Shown here: positions 7,104 to 17,052 of the stretch, piece by piece
Numbering within the stretch: the stretch's first letter is position 1
Layout: every line of letters begins with the position of its first letter
Assembly (NCBI GenBank): GCA_031411295.1
Contig: JANOAV010000190.1
Location: forward strand, 1 to 43,192
DNA from: Verrucomicrobiales bacterium
Lineage (GTDB): Bacteria > Verrucomicrobiota > Verrucomicrobiia > Verrucomicrobiales > V1-33
Length of the DNA stretch: 43,192 bases
Direction: 5' to 3'
The notes under the pieces: model-generated
The model's database searches: none
Seen by the model: only the letters and a program-made list of their open reading frames with translations
Told to the model about the DNA's origin: nothing
Position numbers and translations under genes: made by a program

Positions 7104-7588
7104 AAGAAGCGCGGCAGCCCACGCTCACGGACCTAGTCTCCCTTTGCCGGGAACTCAATGACCGTGGGGCCAGTTATATCGTCATAGGCGGGTTCGCGAT
7201 ACGAGCGGCAGGCTACGATCGCACGACGATGGACGTGGATTTACTCATAGAGGCCTCATTGGCAAATGAGGCGCTGGTGGTTTCTGCCTTGGCCACACTT
7301 CCGGACCAAGCCATTTTGGAAATGAAGCCGGGCGAAGTCTCCGCTTACACAGTAGTCCGCGTGGGCGACGAATTTGTGGTGGATCTCATGGCATCCGCCT
7401 CCGGGATCAAATACACCGAAGCCGCTCTGGATGTCGAATATCATGAAATTGACGGCGTGCGCATTCCGTTCGCCTCACCCACGCTGCTCTGGCGCATGAA
7501 GGTGAAGACGCACCGCGAGAAGGACGCGGCAGATTTGTATTTCCTGCGACGCTTGCTCGCGGCTAGGGGAATTCCACTACCCGATTAG
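7067..7588 (+). CDS. Pol-beta superfamily nucleotidyltransferase (AbiEii / DUF6036-like)
   Basis: VIGGFA...RTTMDVDLL (GG...DxD), VDLM and C-terminal K...REKDAADL. Confidence 0.8.
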   Translation: MDMENDHPPEELEEARQPTLTDLVSLCRELNDRGASYIVIGGFAIRAAGYDRTTMDVDLLIEASLANEALVVSALATLPDQAILEMKPGEVSAYTVVRVGDEFVVDLMASASGIKYTEAALDVEYHEIDGVRIPFASPTLLWRMKVKTHREKDAADLYFLRRLLAARGIPLPD

Positions 7589-7625
7589 TCTTCAAATAAA
7601 AATCGTGGCGATCTGAAACACTGCG

Positions 7626-7661
7626 TCCAACCTCACCCTGAAAAAGCAAATTTCCATCAGA
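7626..7661 (+). repeat. Degenerate partial copy 4 of the dispersed repeat
   Basis: TCCAACCTCACCCTGAAAAAGCAAATTTCCATCAGA matches the 3' half of the repeat; the heptamer tract is missing. Confidence 0.8.
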
Positions 7662-7803
7662 CCGGGGTAGCATTGTCCTTATAACTAAGGCAGCGGAGGG
7701 CAAGGCTCCAATTCCCCCCCCTAAAATTCTCCTGGGTTCGTGGCATCCCGCGGAATCCACTGGACAAGTCAACGGGGTCCGCGCTAGGAAGCGACATCTT
7801 CCT

Positions 7804-8763
7804 ATGATTCTCTGGCTTGCTTCCTACCCTCGTTCTGGCAACACACTGCTGCGAACCATCATCCATCAGACCATGGGTATTGGATCCTATAACTGTGAGA
7901 ACCTGATTCGGAGCAACCCCCAAACGGGCAATGCTTATGTGGGAGGCTTGATCACCGATCCTCCGATGGAATGGAAGGATTTCTATAAAATGGCCCGGGA
8001 TTCTGAACAATTGTTTCTGGTTAAGACGCATTTCCCTCCAAAGGATGACCAGCCAGCGATCTACGTGGTGCGCGACGGTCGGAAGGCCTGCTGGAGTTAC
8101 CTCGATTTCCATCACAAGTCTCCTCATATGCCCGAGGTGACCCTGCCCGACATCATTCTCGGATACCAAACCTACGGGAACTGGACCACCCACTACCGGG
8201 CCTGGACACAGGACCCGCAGGGGCGACGCCTCGTCGTGAGGTATGAGGATCTGGTGAATGCCAGCATTGAAAAAATCCAGGAAATCGCTGAGTTCATTAA
8301 TTTTCAGGGCGAGCCCAAAGCTTGGGACAACCCGTTCGCGATCTTGCAGCAAAAAGTTGGGCCCTTTTTCCGAGAAGGCAAAACATCCTGGGAGCGACCG
8401 GATGGCTGGACCGATCTGGCGGATGACGCCTTCCGCATTCTCCATGGGGAACTCATGACGGAACTCGGATATATGGACGACACCGAATGGCAGCAGCCGT
8501 TGGCCACCATGAGCGAAACCGACCAACTAACATTTCAAAAATTACTCCGCAAGGCGAGCCATAACGCGCTCAATGAAGCCTCTTTGCAGGCAATCATCGC
8601 AGGTCTGCGTTCAGAAATTCAAGGGAAGAAACTCAAATTGGATAAACTGCAGCAACGGGAGCGCAAAACCGCCGAAGCTCTCCAACGACTCAAAGAAAAA
8701 CAAAACCGCCCCCCATCGCGGAAAAAATCGATCTGGGAAAAATTCCGCTGGAAGAAATCCTGA
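7804..8763 (+). CDS. Sulfotransferase domain protein with C-terminal coiled coil
   Basis: WLASYPRSGNT (5'-PSB loop), VKTH, VVRDGR (3'-PB) and VRYEDL. Confidence 0.88.
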   Translation: MILWLASYPRSGNTLLRTIIHQTMGIGSYNCENLIRSNPQTGNAYVGGLITDPPMEWKDFYKMARDSEQLFLVKTHFPPKDDQPAIYVVRDGRKACWSYLDFHHKSPHMPEVTLPDIILGYQTYGNWTTHYRAWTQDPQGRRLVVRYEDLVNASIEKIQEIAEFINFQGEPKAWDNPFAILQQKVGPFFREGKTSWERPDGWTDLADDAFRILHGELMTELGYMDDTEWQQPLATMSETDQLTFQKLLRKASHNALNEASLQAIIAGLRSEIQGKKLKLDKLQQRERKTAEALQRLKEKQNRPPSRKKSIWEKFRWKKS

Positions 8764-8986
8764 CGAGGCGCAGGTGAGCTATCGGCTGCTGATGTTTGGG
8801 GCGGTGGCGGTGACTAAGTTGGAGGAGGAGGTTGATGAGCAGCCCAGCGGGCAGCTCCACACTTATATGACCGATTCCTAACGGTAATTTTTTGCGTGCC
8901 CTGCCGTGGACTTCGATTCTAGAGTAACGTTTGCGTGGTGTTGCCGGAGGGCATTTGCTGAGGCTGAGAAAGCCTGAGCCACCAGC

Positions 8987-10297
8987 CTAACTCGGCAACG
9001 TTTCCACACGCAGGAGGACGGGAGATTCCTTCACGCAGGGCAACCCAGCTAGTTGGGTGCAGGCGGACTTCATTTTGCCAAACGGGGCGGCATGAAGCAT
9101 GAGCATGAGGTTCGTTTCTGCCGCGCCCTGGCTTTGGGGCTGGACCATGCTGGAAATGCCGATGTCGTGTGCTGCGAGGACGGTGGCTAGTTGGGCCACT
9201 ACGCCCGGCACATCCGCCACGCGGAGGCGGAGGTAGTAACTGGAAACGGTATCTTCCACCGGGAGGCAATCGCCATAACGACCCGTAGGAATAAAGCCGT
9301 TGTTGGTGCCAGCATCGTTGAGCAAGTTATCCGCAGCATCTGCCAAGTCGCTAATGACGGAACTGGAGGTAGCATCCTGACCCGCTCCGCTGCCGTAGAA
9401 CAACGTCTCGCCAACCACATCTCCATAGACCGCTACCGCATTGAAGACGCCGTTCACGTTGGCGAGGATGTGAGTCCGAGGCAAAAGCGATGGCTGCACC
9501 CGAACCTCCACGCGGTTGCTAGGATCGAGGCGAATGATGGCCACGAGCTTGATCTGATAGCCCATGCTGCGGGCAAATTCGAGATCGATGGGCGCGATGG
9601 CTTCAATGCCAGTGACCGAAATTTGCTCCGGCCGCAACCAGCGACCGTAGCTCAGCCACGCGAGCACCAGGGCCTTGTGTCCTGCGTCCCAGCCGTTGAC
9701 ATCCAGGGTTGGATCCGCCTCGGCATAGCCAGCCCCTTGAGCTTCCGCCAGCGCGGTTTGGTAGTCCAGACCAGCGTCGGACATGCGGGTTAAAATGTAA
9801 TTAGTAGTGCCATTGATGATGCCATAAATGGCTTCGATCTGGTTGCCGATAAGCGCTTCCCGGACAGCCTTGATGATGGGGATGCCCCCGGCTACCGCAG
9901 CTTCAAAATAGAGCGGCACATTCTGCGCTTCGGCCAGTTCCACCAACTCCATGCCATGCTGCGCCAGCAGGGCTTTGTTGCCTGTAATGACGGTCTTGCG
10001 CGCCAGGATGGCCGCTTTGATGAGATCGTAGGCTTCGGTGGTGCCGCCAATCAGTTCGACAATGATCGGCAAATTGGGATCATTTACTAACTCCCGCCAG
10101 TCCGTGGTAATTAATTCTGCCGGCACATCAATGCCACGCGCTTTCGTCACGTCCCGCAGCGCAATTTTTCCCACCTCAATACGCGTTCCCACCCGACCTG
10201 TCAGCAGGTCAGCATTCTTCAATAAATTTTTATACACGCCAGCACCGACGTTACCAAGGCCTGCGAGGCCGATTTTGACTGATTTGCGATCGCTCAT
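8987..10297 (-). CDS. hom: Homoserine dehydrogenase with C-terminal ACT domain
   Basis: GLGNVG Rossmann motif, TGNKA, FEAAVAGGIP, GIINGTTNYIL, GYAEADPTLD and an ACT domain (DVPGVVAQ); start taken at MSDRK. Confidence 0.96.
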   Translation of the reverse strand: MSDRKSVKIGLAGLGNVGAGVYKNLLKNADLLTGRVGTRIEVGKIALRDVTKARGIDVPAELITTDWRELVNDPNLPIIVELIGGTTEAYDLIKAAILARKTVITGNKALLAQHGMELVELAEAQNVPLYFEAAVAGGIPIIKAVREALIGNQIEAIYGIINGTTNYILTRMSDAGLDYQTALAEAQGAGYAEADPTLDVNGWDAGHKALVLAWLSYGRWLRPEQISVTGIEAIAPIDLEFARSMGYQIKLVAIIRLDPSNRVEVRVQPSLLPRTHILANVNGVFNAVAVYGDVVGETLFYGSGAGQDATSSSVISDLADAADNLLNDAGTNNGFIPTGRYGDCLPVEDTVSSYYLRLRVADVPGVVAQLATVLAAHDIGISSMVQPQSQGAAETNLMLMLHAAPFGKMKSACTQLAGLPCVKESPVLLRVETLPS

Positions 10298-10480
10298 GAT
10301 AATGGAGGGGGGGGGGAGAAAAGGACTCTCGTAAGGGGCGCAACGATGCCGCGTTCTGGGGAAATCGCAAATTTCTTTCGCCCACGGCCAAATTTTCCGC
10401 AAGAGAGGTCGCAGCTGGATCCGAACCATGAGGAATCTGTAAAAGCCCGACTCCGAGTGAACTGGAATGAGGCGGCTCAA

Positions 10481-13400
10481 TTACGGAGCAACCTTCACCC
10501 GGTAAAACCGACGAACCAACGTGGCTCCGGTGGTATCCGTGAAGGTTAAATTTCCGCCAGTGCCTGATTGAGCAGCACCGATATCCACCCAGCCACTGAG
10601 GGCAGTGGAACTGGTGCGTTGCAGTTGATAGGTGTGCCCGCTGTAACCCTTGATGGTGAGGCTGAAGGCGGCCCCTGCTTTGCCGCTGGAGAGAAGGTTC
10701 AGTCCACTGCTGTCGATCACCGTGCCGTTGTTTTCAAGGTTTGCTGGAAGACTGCTGCTGGAGGTTAGCAGATCCAGCGTGCCATTGTTCACAAAAGCCC
10801 CCGTGGCGGTTAGGGCGCTTAGGTTGCTGATGCGCATCGTGCCGTTGTTCACCACATCACCTGTGACCGCCAGAGTTCCTGCATCCACGGTCAGCGTGCC
10901 ATCATTGTTCAGATCCCCCTGCAAGGTGCCGCCACCACAGAGGCTGGCCCCGGCGGCTACATTGATGGCATCTGCCGAAATAGTGCCGCCTGCCAGGCAG
11001 AGTGTGGCTCCGGCTTCCACTTCCACCGTGCTGCCACAAATGATGCTCCCGCTAACCGTCAGTGTTCCGGCTTCCACCGTGGTGCTGCCCTGCCATGCGC
11101 TGGGGCCACTGAGCGTCCAATTTCCCGTGCCGGTCTTCACGATCTGCGTGGTCGTGCTCGTGTTCTGCTCACCAATCTTTCCGGCAAAGGTCGCGTTCGT
11201 GTTGCGCCCGCCGATGCGATAGGTGAAATTCCGCCCGCCCGTGGGGCCACCTCGGAGAAAGGATAGCGCGGTGCCACTCAACTCCCCAATCTCGATCGTG
11301 GTGCCGCTGCCGCTGTTCACAATCCCCGAAAAATAGAAGTAAGTGCGATCCGCCAAGTTCACTGCCGCCAGCGGCAAGCCCGGCCAACTGTAACTCGAAG
11401 CAATCCGAAAATCCCCGCCGTCCCCATCGCTCACCACATTGACCTGGCCCGTAAAGGCCGACCAATCACCCGTGATATCGGCCCGCACGTAAGGCGTGTA
11501 ATACGTCAACGTTCCGCTGCCGGAGACATCCCCGCTGAAGCCACCGCGCGAAGCCACCCGCAGCGTGCCTGTGGTCGCCACGATCAGGTTATTCGGAAGC
11601 GTGCCCACTCCAGTGTTGAGATTGGAAGTCTCCTGCATATACAAAGAGCCGTCCTGCAGCGTCACTACGCTGGATCCAAGCCCGCTGTTGTTCGGCACGG
11701 CATTCAGACTTGGAATGGCACTTCCCAACTGAATCACCCCGCCGGCAATGATGGTGTTTCCCGCCCAAGAGTTGCCATTGGCAATTGTCAGCGTCCCGTT
11801 GCCCATCTTCGTCAGCGAGCCTCCCGCCAGCGCTCCCGTGCCCCCAAAGGTATAGCCTGCTGTCGTATTTACCGTGGTGCTGCGGGGGGCCAGGCTTCCA
11901 GTTAGCGTTACGTTGCGATAGATGCTAGTGTCATCAAACGTAACCGCGTCGAAATTATAAAACGTGCCGGGCGTGGCCCCCGTGAAATTTGCCGTCGTGG
12001 TAAGGTCCCATGTCGCTGCGTTCTGATTTCCCACCCAAGTTAGGTTCCCGGCGTTTCCGGTTACCACCACCTGGATTTTTCCTGCGGGAACTGCCAACGC
12101 GAAGGTCTGTCTTCCGCCAGTAGGGAAGGTGGCGGAGACATTCGCGGCTGTGCCCACCGTGGAGGTCCCACCGCTGATCAAGTCGTAAGTCCCTGCGCCT
12201 AGCACGCCATCTGTGAGACTGAGCGTGAGCGGGTTCGTTCCACTGAGATTTAACGCACCTCCAGTCATCACCACCTTATCATTGGCTCCAGTGGGCGAGT
12301 TGGATAACTGATAACTCAATGTTCCGCCCTGCAAATTCAGCCCGGCCGATCCCAGCGTCAGTGTTCCCACCAAGCCCGAGGCGGCTCCGGGAGACAATTG
12401 TGACCCTGCCTGCATCGTTAGACTACCTGTGAGCGAACCATTGCCCCGCAACTTGGCTCCACTAGCCACGGTCACTGGAGTCGTGCTGAGCGATCCATTT
12501 ACAATCAACTCCCCAGTGCTCACAGTGGTGGCTCCCAGATAGGAACTAGCGCCTGTTAGGATAAGTGCCCCCGTGCCCACTTTCGAGACGCTGAGCGGCC
12601 GCAAGGTATTGCCGCCATCGAGAATTTTACCATCGAAGATTGTGCTCTCATTGTTGCCTCCAATGCTATACGTCGAGGTCGCATCGACTGCTGATGCGGC
12701 TCCCAAGGTGGTGTTCACACCGCCTCGCAGCGAGCCCACATTAAACGTTGCTCCGCCATTCCGATTGATTAGTTGTGCCGTGCTCGAGCCTAGGTCCCAC
12801 CCTGCCAGGCCGCTGCCAGTGCTGCCATTGAAGCGAAAGTATCCCGAGCTGGTCCCCAGCTTGATGTTACCAGAGAAGGCGCTCATATCACCTGACACGC
12901 TGAAGGTATTGTTCCCAATGTTGGCATTCAATTCACCATCGCCAGACCACGTGCCGCTCAATGTATTTCCACCTGTGATCATTCCCACCGTCCCATTGAT
13001 GCTGACGGCATTACCCAGCGATCCTCCGAGCGTCAGCGCTCCCCCGCGCAAATCCAGCGCCCCGGTGCCTAACGCTGTCGCGTTATTCATCACAATCGCG
13101 CCTTCATCCAATGTCACTCCAGTAAACCCGTTGGCTGCCGTGTTGGTAAACGTCAGACTTCCCGTGCCTCGCTTTAGCAATGCTCCCGTGCTTCCGATCC
13201 CTCCAGCACCGCTCAATGTATAATTTCCCGAGGCATTCACGGTGACCGTAGCGGGCGCGACGTTTGCTGGAATGCTTACAGCTGGAGCCTTGGAGCCTGT
13301 GTCGTCGAATGTGACCGTATCTCCCGGACCGAATGTTGTGACCGTCGCATTGCGCTGGAAATTCAAGGTGGACCCATCCCACACGTTAGTTGATCCATTG

Positions 13401-15106
13401 CCCTTCCAGGATAAATCCTTCGGTAGGGAAGCGGCGGACACCAGGAGCCCGAACGTCTGCGTCCATTGACTGCCCGCCGCGTCCTGCACTTTAAATTCAA
13501 AGCGCGCCCGACCAAACGCATTCACGGTGGGCACGAAATGCACCAGATATCCACCCGTGCCGGTTTGCGTAGCAACACCACCCACGACGCCTGTTAGCGT
13601 AAACACCGGCGTGACTGTGAAGCCGCTGGTGAATTTTCTCAGATCAATGTCGATGGCCGTGGGATCAGCCGTGGTGTTACGCCGCACAGTGGCATGAGGA
13701 ACCGCCAGCCAGTGCAGGTATTCTTCCAGGCGCGTGTATCCTTTCACGGTGGCTGCTGGAAAGAATGTCGTGCCAGTTAGGATGGTGCCATCATTCGCCA
13801 TCAGCGTGGTGTGGTCATCTGTCGTGGCATTCCAACCTAGAGCCGTTTCCCAGAAGTCCGGCATCCCATCACGGTCCGTATCCGTTGGTGCAGCTTGCGA
13901 TGCCAGGGTTCCGAAGCCTCCATTCCCCAACCCCGTCCCCGCCACACTGCTCACGTGATGATGCGTTTGATTCACTGTTTCCGTGATCAACAACGCCGCC
14001 ACTTCATCCCGCAGCGGCTTGGTCACATCCGCCTCCAAGCGCAGCGGCCCGGCGGTGGAAATCACCTTTTTATAAGCCGTCAGCGGATCATCCACGGTCA
14101 CAGGCTTACCGGTGTTTACCAAGGCTGCGGCCAAATGCTCCACATCGCCTGACAACATCCCATAACCAGTATCCGTGCCGTCCACCTGTCCATTCACGTT
14201 GCCATCGAAACGATTATTGCTCAGCCACACATGGAAATTCCACGCCCCGTTGCGATCCCGACTCCCTTTCTCCAGGGCCTTCGTTTTCCCGCTCGTGCCC
14301 GCAATGAAATAATTTCCCACCACATTCGCATTCCAGTTAGCAGGCGTCTGCGAGTCCGCCAAAATGAAGCCAATGTCCCAGTCGAAGGTCACGTTGTTGC
14401 TCCAATCCAATAAGGAGGGGCGGGCCTTGGGATTGCGCGTGTGATTGTGTGCCCAGAGCGAATGATGGCAGGTGGCATGATTCTGATCCCACAGTCCACC
14501 GCATGAGTGCGATTCGAGCCCCCAAGCGTTCAATCCCCATTGAAACGTTAAATTTTCCGGCGGACTGCCGAAGCTGGACATGTTCTCATCAGTGGAAAAC
14601 ATCACATCACAGTGATCGAAGATTGAGTTCAGCGAGCCACTATCCAAATCCACTGAGTCCGCGCTCTCCCCGTTGCGAAAGCGCAAATGTCGCACCACAA
14701 ATTCATCGCTCGAAACGCGGAAAGTCCCGTCCTTCAACCCAAAGCCATCCCCCGGGGCCGTCTGCCCAGCGATGGTGATCTTCGCTGCCGTGACCCGCAG
14801 TTCCTTGGCAATGTGCGCATAGCCACTGACATCAAACACGATCGTGCGCCCCGCCGAAGGCACGCCCGTAGTCAAGCCATAGGCCAGCGATCCCGTGCCC
14901 GAGGCATTCGTGTTCGTGACATGGTAAACGTCCCCCAACCGCCCGCCAACGGCATACGCCCCGGCTCCTTCCGCGCCTGGAAACGCCGGAATCTGGGCGA
15001 GCAGCGAATTTACGCCCGCCAGCCAAGAGGCTAGCAAGACCATTGGCTTGGAGCGGGTATGCAAAAGGGGAGCAGGCCACCGAGAGGGGCGGAAACGTCG
15101 GATCAT
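10481..15106 (-). CDS. Large secreted pectate lyase (PL1-like) with autotransporter-associated beta-strand repeats and a C-terminal ...RRFYRV domain
   Basis: PAFPGAEGAG, TIVFDVSG, IAGQTAPG, DHC..STDE and RNP; DTDRDGMPDFWE Ca-binding motif; several K.GTG.L.L repeats. The start may instead be at 15043. Confidence 0.88.
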   Translation of the reverse strand: MIRRFRPSRWPAPLLHTRSKPMVLLASWLAGVNSLLAQIPAFPGAEGAGAYAVGGRLGDVYHVTNTNASGTGSLAYGLTTGVPSAGRTIVFDVSGYAHIAKELRVTAAKITIAGQTAPGDGFGLKDGTFRVSSDEFVVRHLRFRNGESADSVDLDSGSLNSIFDHCDVMFSTDENMSSFGSPPENLTFQWGLNAWGLESHSCGGLWDQNHATCHHSLWAHNHTRNPKARPSLLDWSNNVTFDWDIGFILADSQTPANWNANVVGNYFIAGTSGKTKALEKGSRDRNGAWNFHVWLSNNRFDGNVNGQVDGTDTGYGMLSGDVEHLAAALVNTGKPVTVDDPLTAYKKVISTAGPLRLEADVTKPLRDEVAALLITETVNQTHHHVSSVAGTGLGNGGFGTLASQAAPTDTDRDGMPDFWETALGWNATTDDHTTLMANDGTILTGTTFFPAATVKGYTRLEEYLHWLAVPHATVRRNTTADPTAIDIDLRKFTSGFTVTPVFTLTGVVGGVATQTGTGGYLVHFVPTVNAFGRARFEFKVQDAAGSQWTQTFGLLVSAASLPKDLSWKGNGSTNVWDGSTLNFQRNATVTTFGPGDTVTFDDTGSKAPAVSIPANVAPATVTVNASGNYTLSGAGGIGSTGALLKRGTGSLTFTNTAANGFTGVTLDEGAIVMNNATALGTGALDLRGGALTLGGSLGNAVSINGTVGMITGGNTLSGTWSGDGELNANIGNNTFSVSGDMSAFSGNIKLGTSSGYFRFNGSTGSGLAGWDLGSSTAQLINRNGGATFNVGSLRGGVNTTLGAASAVDATSTYSIGGNNESTIFDGKILDGGNTLRPLSVSKVGTGALILTGASSYLGATTVSTGELIVNGSLSTTPVTVASGAKLRGNGSLTGSLTMQAGSQLSPGAASGLVGTLTLGSAGLNLQGGTLSYQLSNSPTGANDKVVMTGGALNLSGTNPLTLSLTDGVLGAGTYDLISGGTSTVGTAANVSATFPTGGRQTFALAVPAGKIQVVVTGNAGNLTWVGNQNAATWDLTTTANFTGATPGTFYNFDAVTFDDTSIYRNVTLTGSLAPRSTTVNTTAGYTFGGTGALAGGSLTKMGNGTLTIANGNSWAGNTIIAGGVIQLGSAIPSLNAVPNNSGLGSSVVTLQDGSLYMQETSNLNTGVGTLPNNLIVATTGTLRVASRGGFSGDVSGSGTLTYYTPYVRADITGDWSAFTGQVNVVSDGDGGDFRIASSYSWPGLPLAAVNLADRTYFYFSGIVNSGSGTTIEIGELSGTALSFLRGGPTGGRNFTYRIGGRNTNATFAGKIGEQNTSTTTQIVKTGTGNWTLSGPSAWQGSTTVEAGTLTVSGSIICGSTVEVEAGATLCLAGGTISADAINVAAGASLCGGGTLQGDLNNDGTLTVDAGTLAVTGDVVNNGTMRISNLSALTATGAFVNNGTLDLLTSSSSLPANLENNGTVIDSSGLNLLSSGKAGAAFSLTIKGYSGHTYQLQRTSSTALSGWVDIGAAQSGTGGNLTFTDTTGATLVRRFYRVKVAP

Positions 15107-15254
15107 GGAATCGTTCGGGGGGAGGGAATACTGAAGGGGGGAGCCACATAGTAGCCCAAACTCCTCCGTTCGTCACGCCCGCAATTTCTCGGAGAAACAC
15201 TCCTAAGTCCGCTTCGCCAGAGCGCTCCGCCCCGGCGGGCCCCTAGTTCCAACC

Positions 15255-16931
15255 TCACGCCCAAGCCGACGCATAATGGCCCGGTCGCTCCAACTCGTCA
15301 GCCTCGGGGCCTTGATGCGCAATCAGTGGGGCGGCGGGATTTTTGAAATCGATGCCAGCCAACGCGGTGTAATGACGGAAGATATCGGTGTTATCCAGCA
15401 TCCCTTGAAATAGTTCGCTCCCGGGACCAATCGCCACGAGCTGCACATAGTCAGCGGTGTGGGTGTTCCCCGTCCATCCAAGCCCCGTGCGGTTGGCCAT
15501 GAGTTGGCCCAATTGGGTTACGGGCGAATTCATCTGGTCGAACAACTGGTTATTCTCTCCGGCCAAGACTTTGGCAAACAAGCTGGCACGACGTTCGGAC
15601 ATCTTGTAACCCGTGGTTTCCGTAATGATTTCGATCAGTTGGGCCGGCGTGACTTGAATCGCGTTGGTTTGCACTGCGGCGGTAAATTTCGTTTTATCGT
15701 CCTCAGTTTTGGGCTTGGCGGCCTCCCCTTCCACTTTGCCATGAGGGTCCACCTTGGCCATGGGATCGGGCACGTTCAAAGTATCCTCGGAATCCGTGAC
15801 CGCTGCGGGAACCTTAATTTTCTGAGCCTTGCGCTCGATCTTGGACAGAATTTCAGGAAACGACATTTTCACCTCCGTGATACTGGCGAAGCGCTGCGAA
15901 CTGGTGCGGTAACCGCCGCCCATGCCATTGAGTCCCAAGTTTGAGTTCGCATGATCTGTCGTGATCACGATCAACGTATCGGGGTGACGTTTCTGGAACT
16001 CCAAGCAAACGTCGATCGCCTCATCCAAGGCGATTTGCTCGTTCAAGGCGGCGGCCGCATCCGAGTTATGCGCGGCATGATCAATGCGGGCTCCCTCCAC
16101 TTGGAGAATAAATTTATTGCTGCGCTCCAGGCGGACCAAGGCTGCCGTGGTCATCTCCGCCAGCGTGGGCACCGTGTCTTTGAGTTTGGCGTCCTGCCGG
16201 TGGTCCAGGGTGTAGGGCAAATGACCGTCGGCAAAGGTGCCCAGCAATCGCTTATCCGTTGCGGCCTTGTTTAAACCAGCCTTGTCCTTCACTACTTCGT
16301 ATCCCGCCTGCGCAAATTCTGCGTGCAGGTCCCGTTTATCATTGCGCCGAGTGGGGCTGAAAAAGGGCCGACCACCGCCCAGCAGAACGTCCACTTTTCG
16401 CTCCAAATATTGCGCAGCAATGACATCCGAACTGCCACGCGAACGGGTTGCCACCGCGAAACCGGCGGGGGTGGCGTGCGTGATTTCGGCCGTCGTTACC
16501 AAGCCAGTTTTCCAACCCGCTGCGGCAAACAGGGAGTAGATCGGAGTAAGCGTAGTTCCATCAGGCAGCACATTCACAGCCCCATTCACCACGCGACTGC
16601 CACTGCCCCAGGCGCTGGAGGCCGCGGAACTGTCGGTCACCATGGAGTTCAAAGAACGCGTGTTCATCAAGGCCAGCTTGGCTCCGGGATGACGATACAA
16701 TTGAGTCCAGGACAGCGGTCGCTGCCGCGTCTGCTGCGATAGCAAATCCGCACACGTCAGGGTGCCGACGCTCATGCCGTCACTGACGATGTGAATGATG
16801 CGCTGCGGCTTCTGTCCAGGGCGCGCAACGCGCTCCTCAGCTGCAAGCGCAAGGTATGGCCCGCCCACTAAGGAGGCGCTGGCAGCTCCCAGTCCGGAGC
16901 GAGAGAGAAAGGATCGGCGGGTTGTCATCAT
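15255..16931 (-). CDS. phoA: Alkaline phosphatase (PhoA family), Tat-exported
   Basis: TRRSFL twin-arginine signal; SDGM, VTDSSAA, HATPA, EGARIDHAAH, TDH and HT metal ligands. Confidence 0.9.
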   Translation of the reverse strand: MMTTRRSFLSRSGLGAASASLVGGPYLALAAEERVARPGQKPQRIIHIVSDGMSVGTLTCADLLSQQTRQRPLSWTQLYRHPGAKLALMNTRSLNSMVTDSSAASSAWGSGSRVVNGAVNVLPDGTTLTPIYSLFAAAGWKTGLVTTAEITHATPAGFAVATRSRGSSDVIAAQYLERKVDVLLGGGRPFFSPTRRNDKRDLHAEFAQAGYEVVKDKAGLNKAATDKRLLGTFADGHLPYTLDHRQDAKLKDTVPTLAEMTTAALVRLERSNKFILQVEGARIDHAAHNSDAAAALNEQIALDEAIDVCLEFQKRHPDTLIVITTDHANSNLGLNGMGGGYRTSSQRFASITEVKMSFPEILSKIERKAQKIKVPAAVTDSEDTLNVPDPMAKVDPHGKVEGEAAKPKTEDDKTKFTAAVQTNAIQVTPAQLIEIITETTGYKMSERRASLFAKVLAGENNQLFDQMNSPVTQLGQLMANRTGLGWTGNTHTADYVQLVAIGPGSELFQGMLDNTDIFRHYTALAGIDFKNPAAPLIAHQGPEADELERPGHYASAWA

Positions 16932-17052
16932 GGACGATGGAAGGAGAAACTCAGCGTAAAGGCAACCATTTTATGCCACGCCTGCGCGCATGGGGCCGAC
17001 CACAATTCCACCCTTCTGTTTGCGTTCAATGATTACCGCTTTACGGGAACGG

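Noticed and set aside
7599..7609. AAATCGTGGC, also found right after repeat copy 2
   Set aside because: A 10-bp match in a different position relative to the repeat; may be chance.
10307..10316. G10 tract just upstream of hom as a phase-variation switch
   Set aside because: Non-coding, next to a housekeeping gene, and no evidence of length variation.
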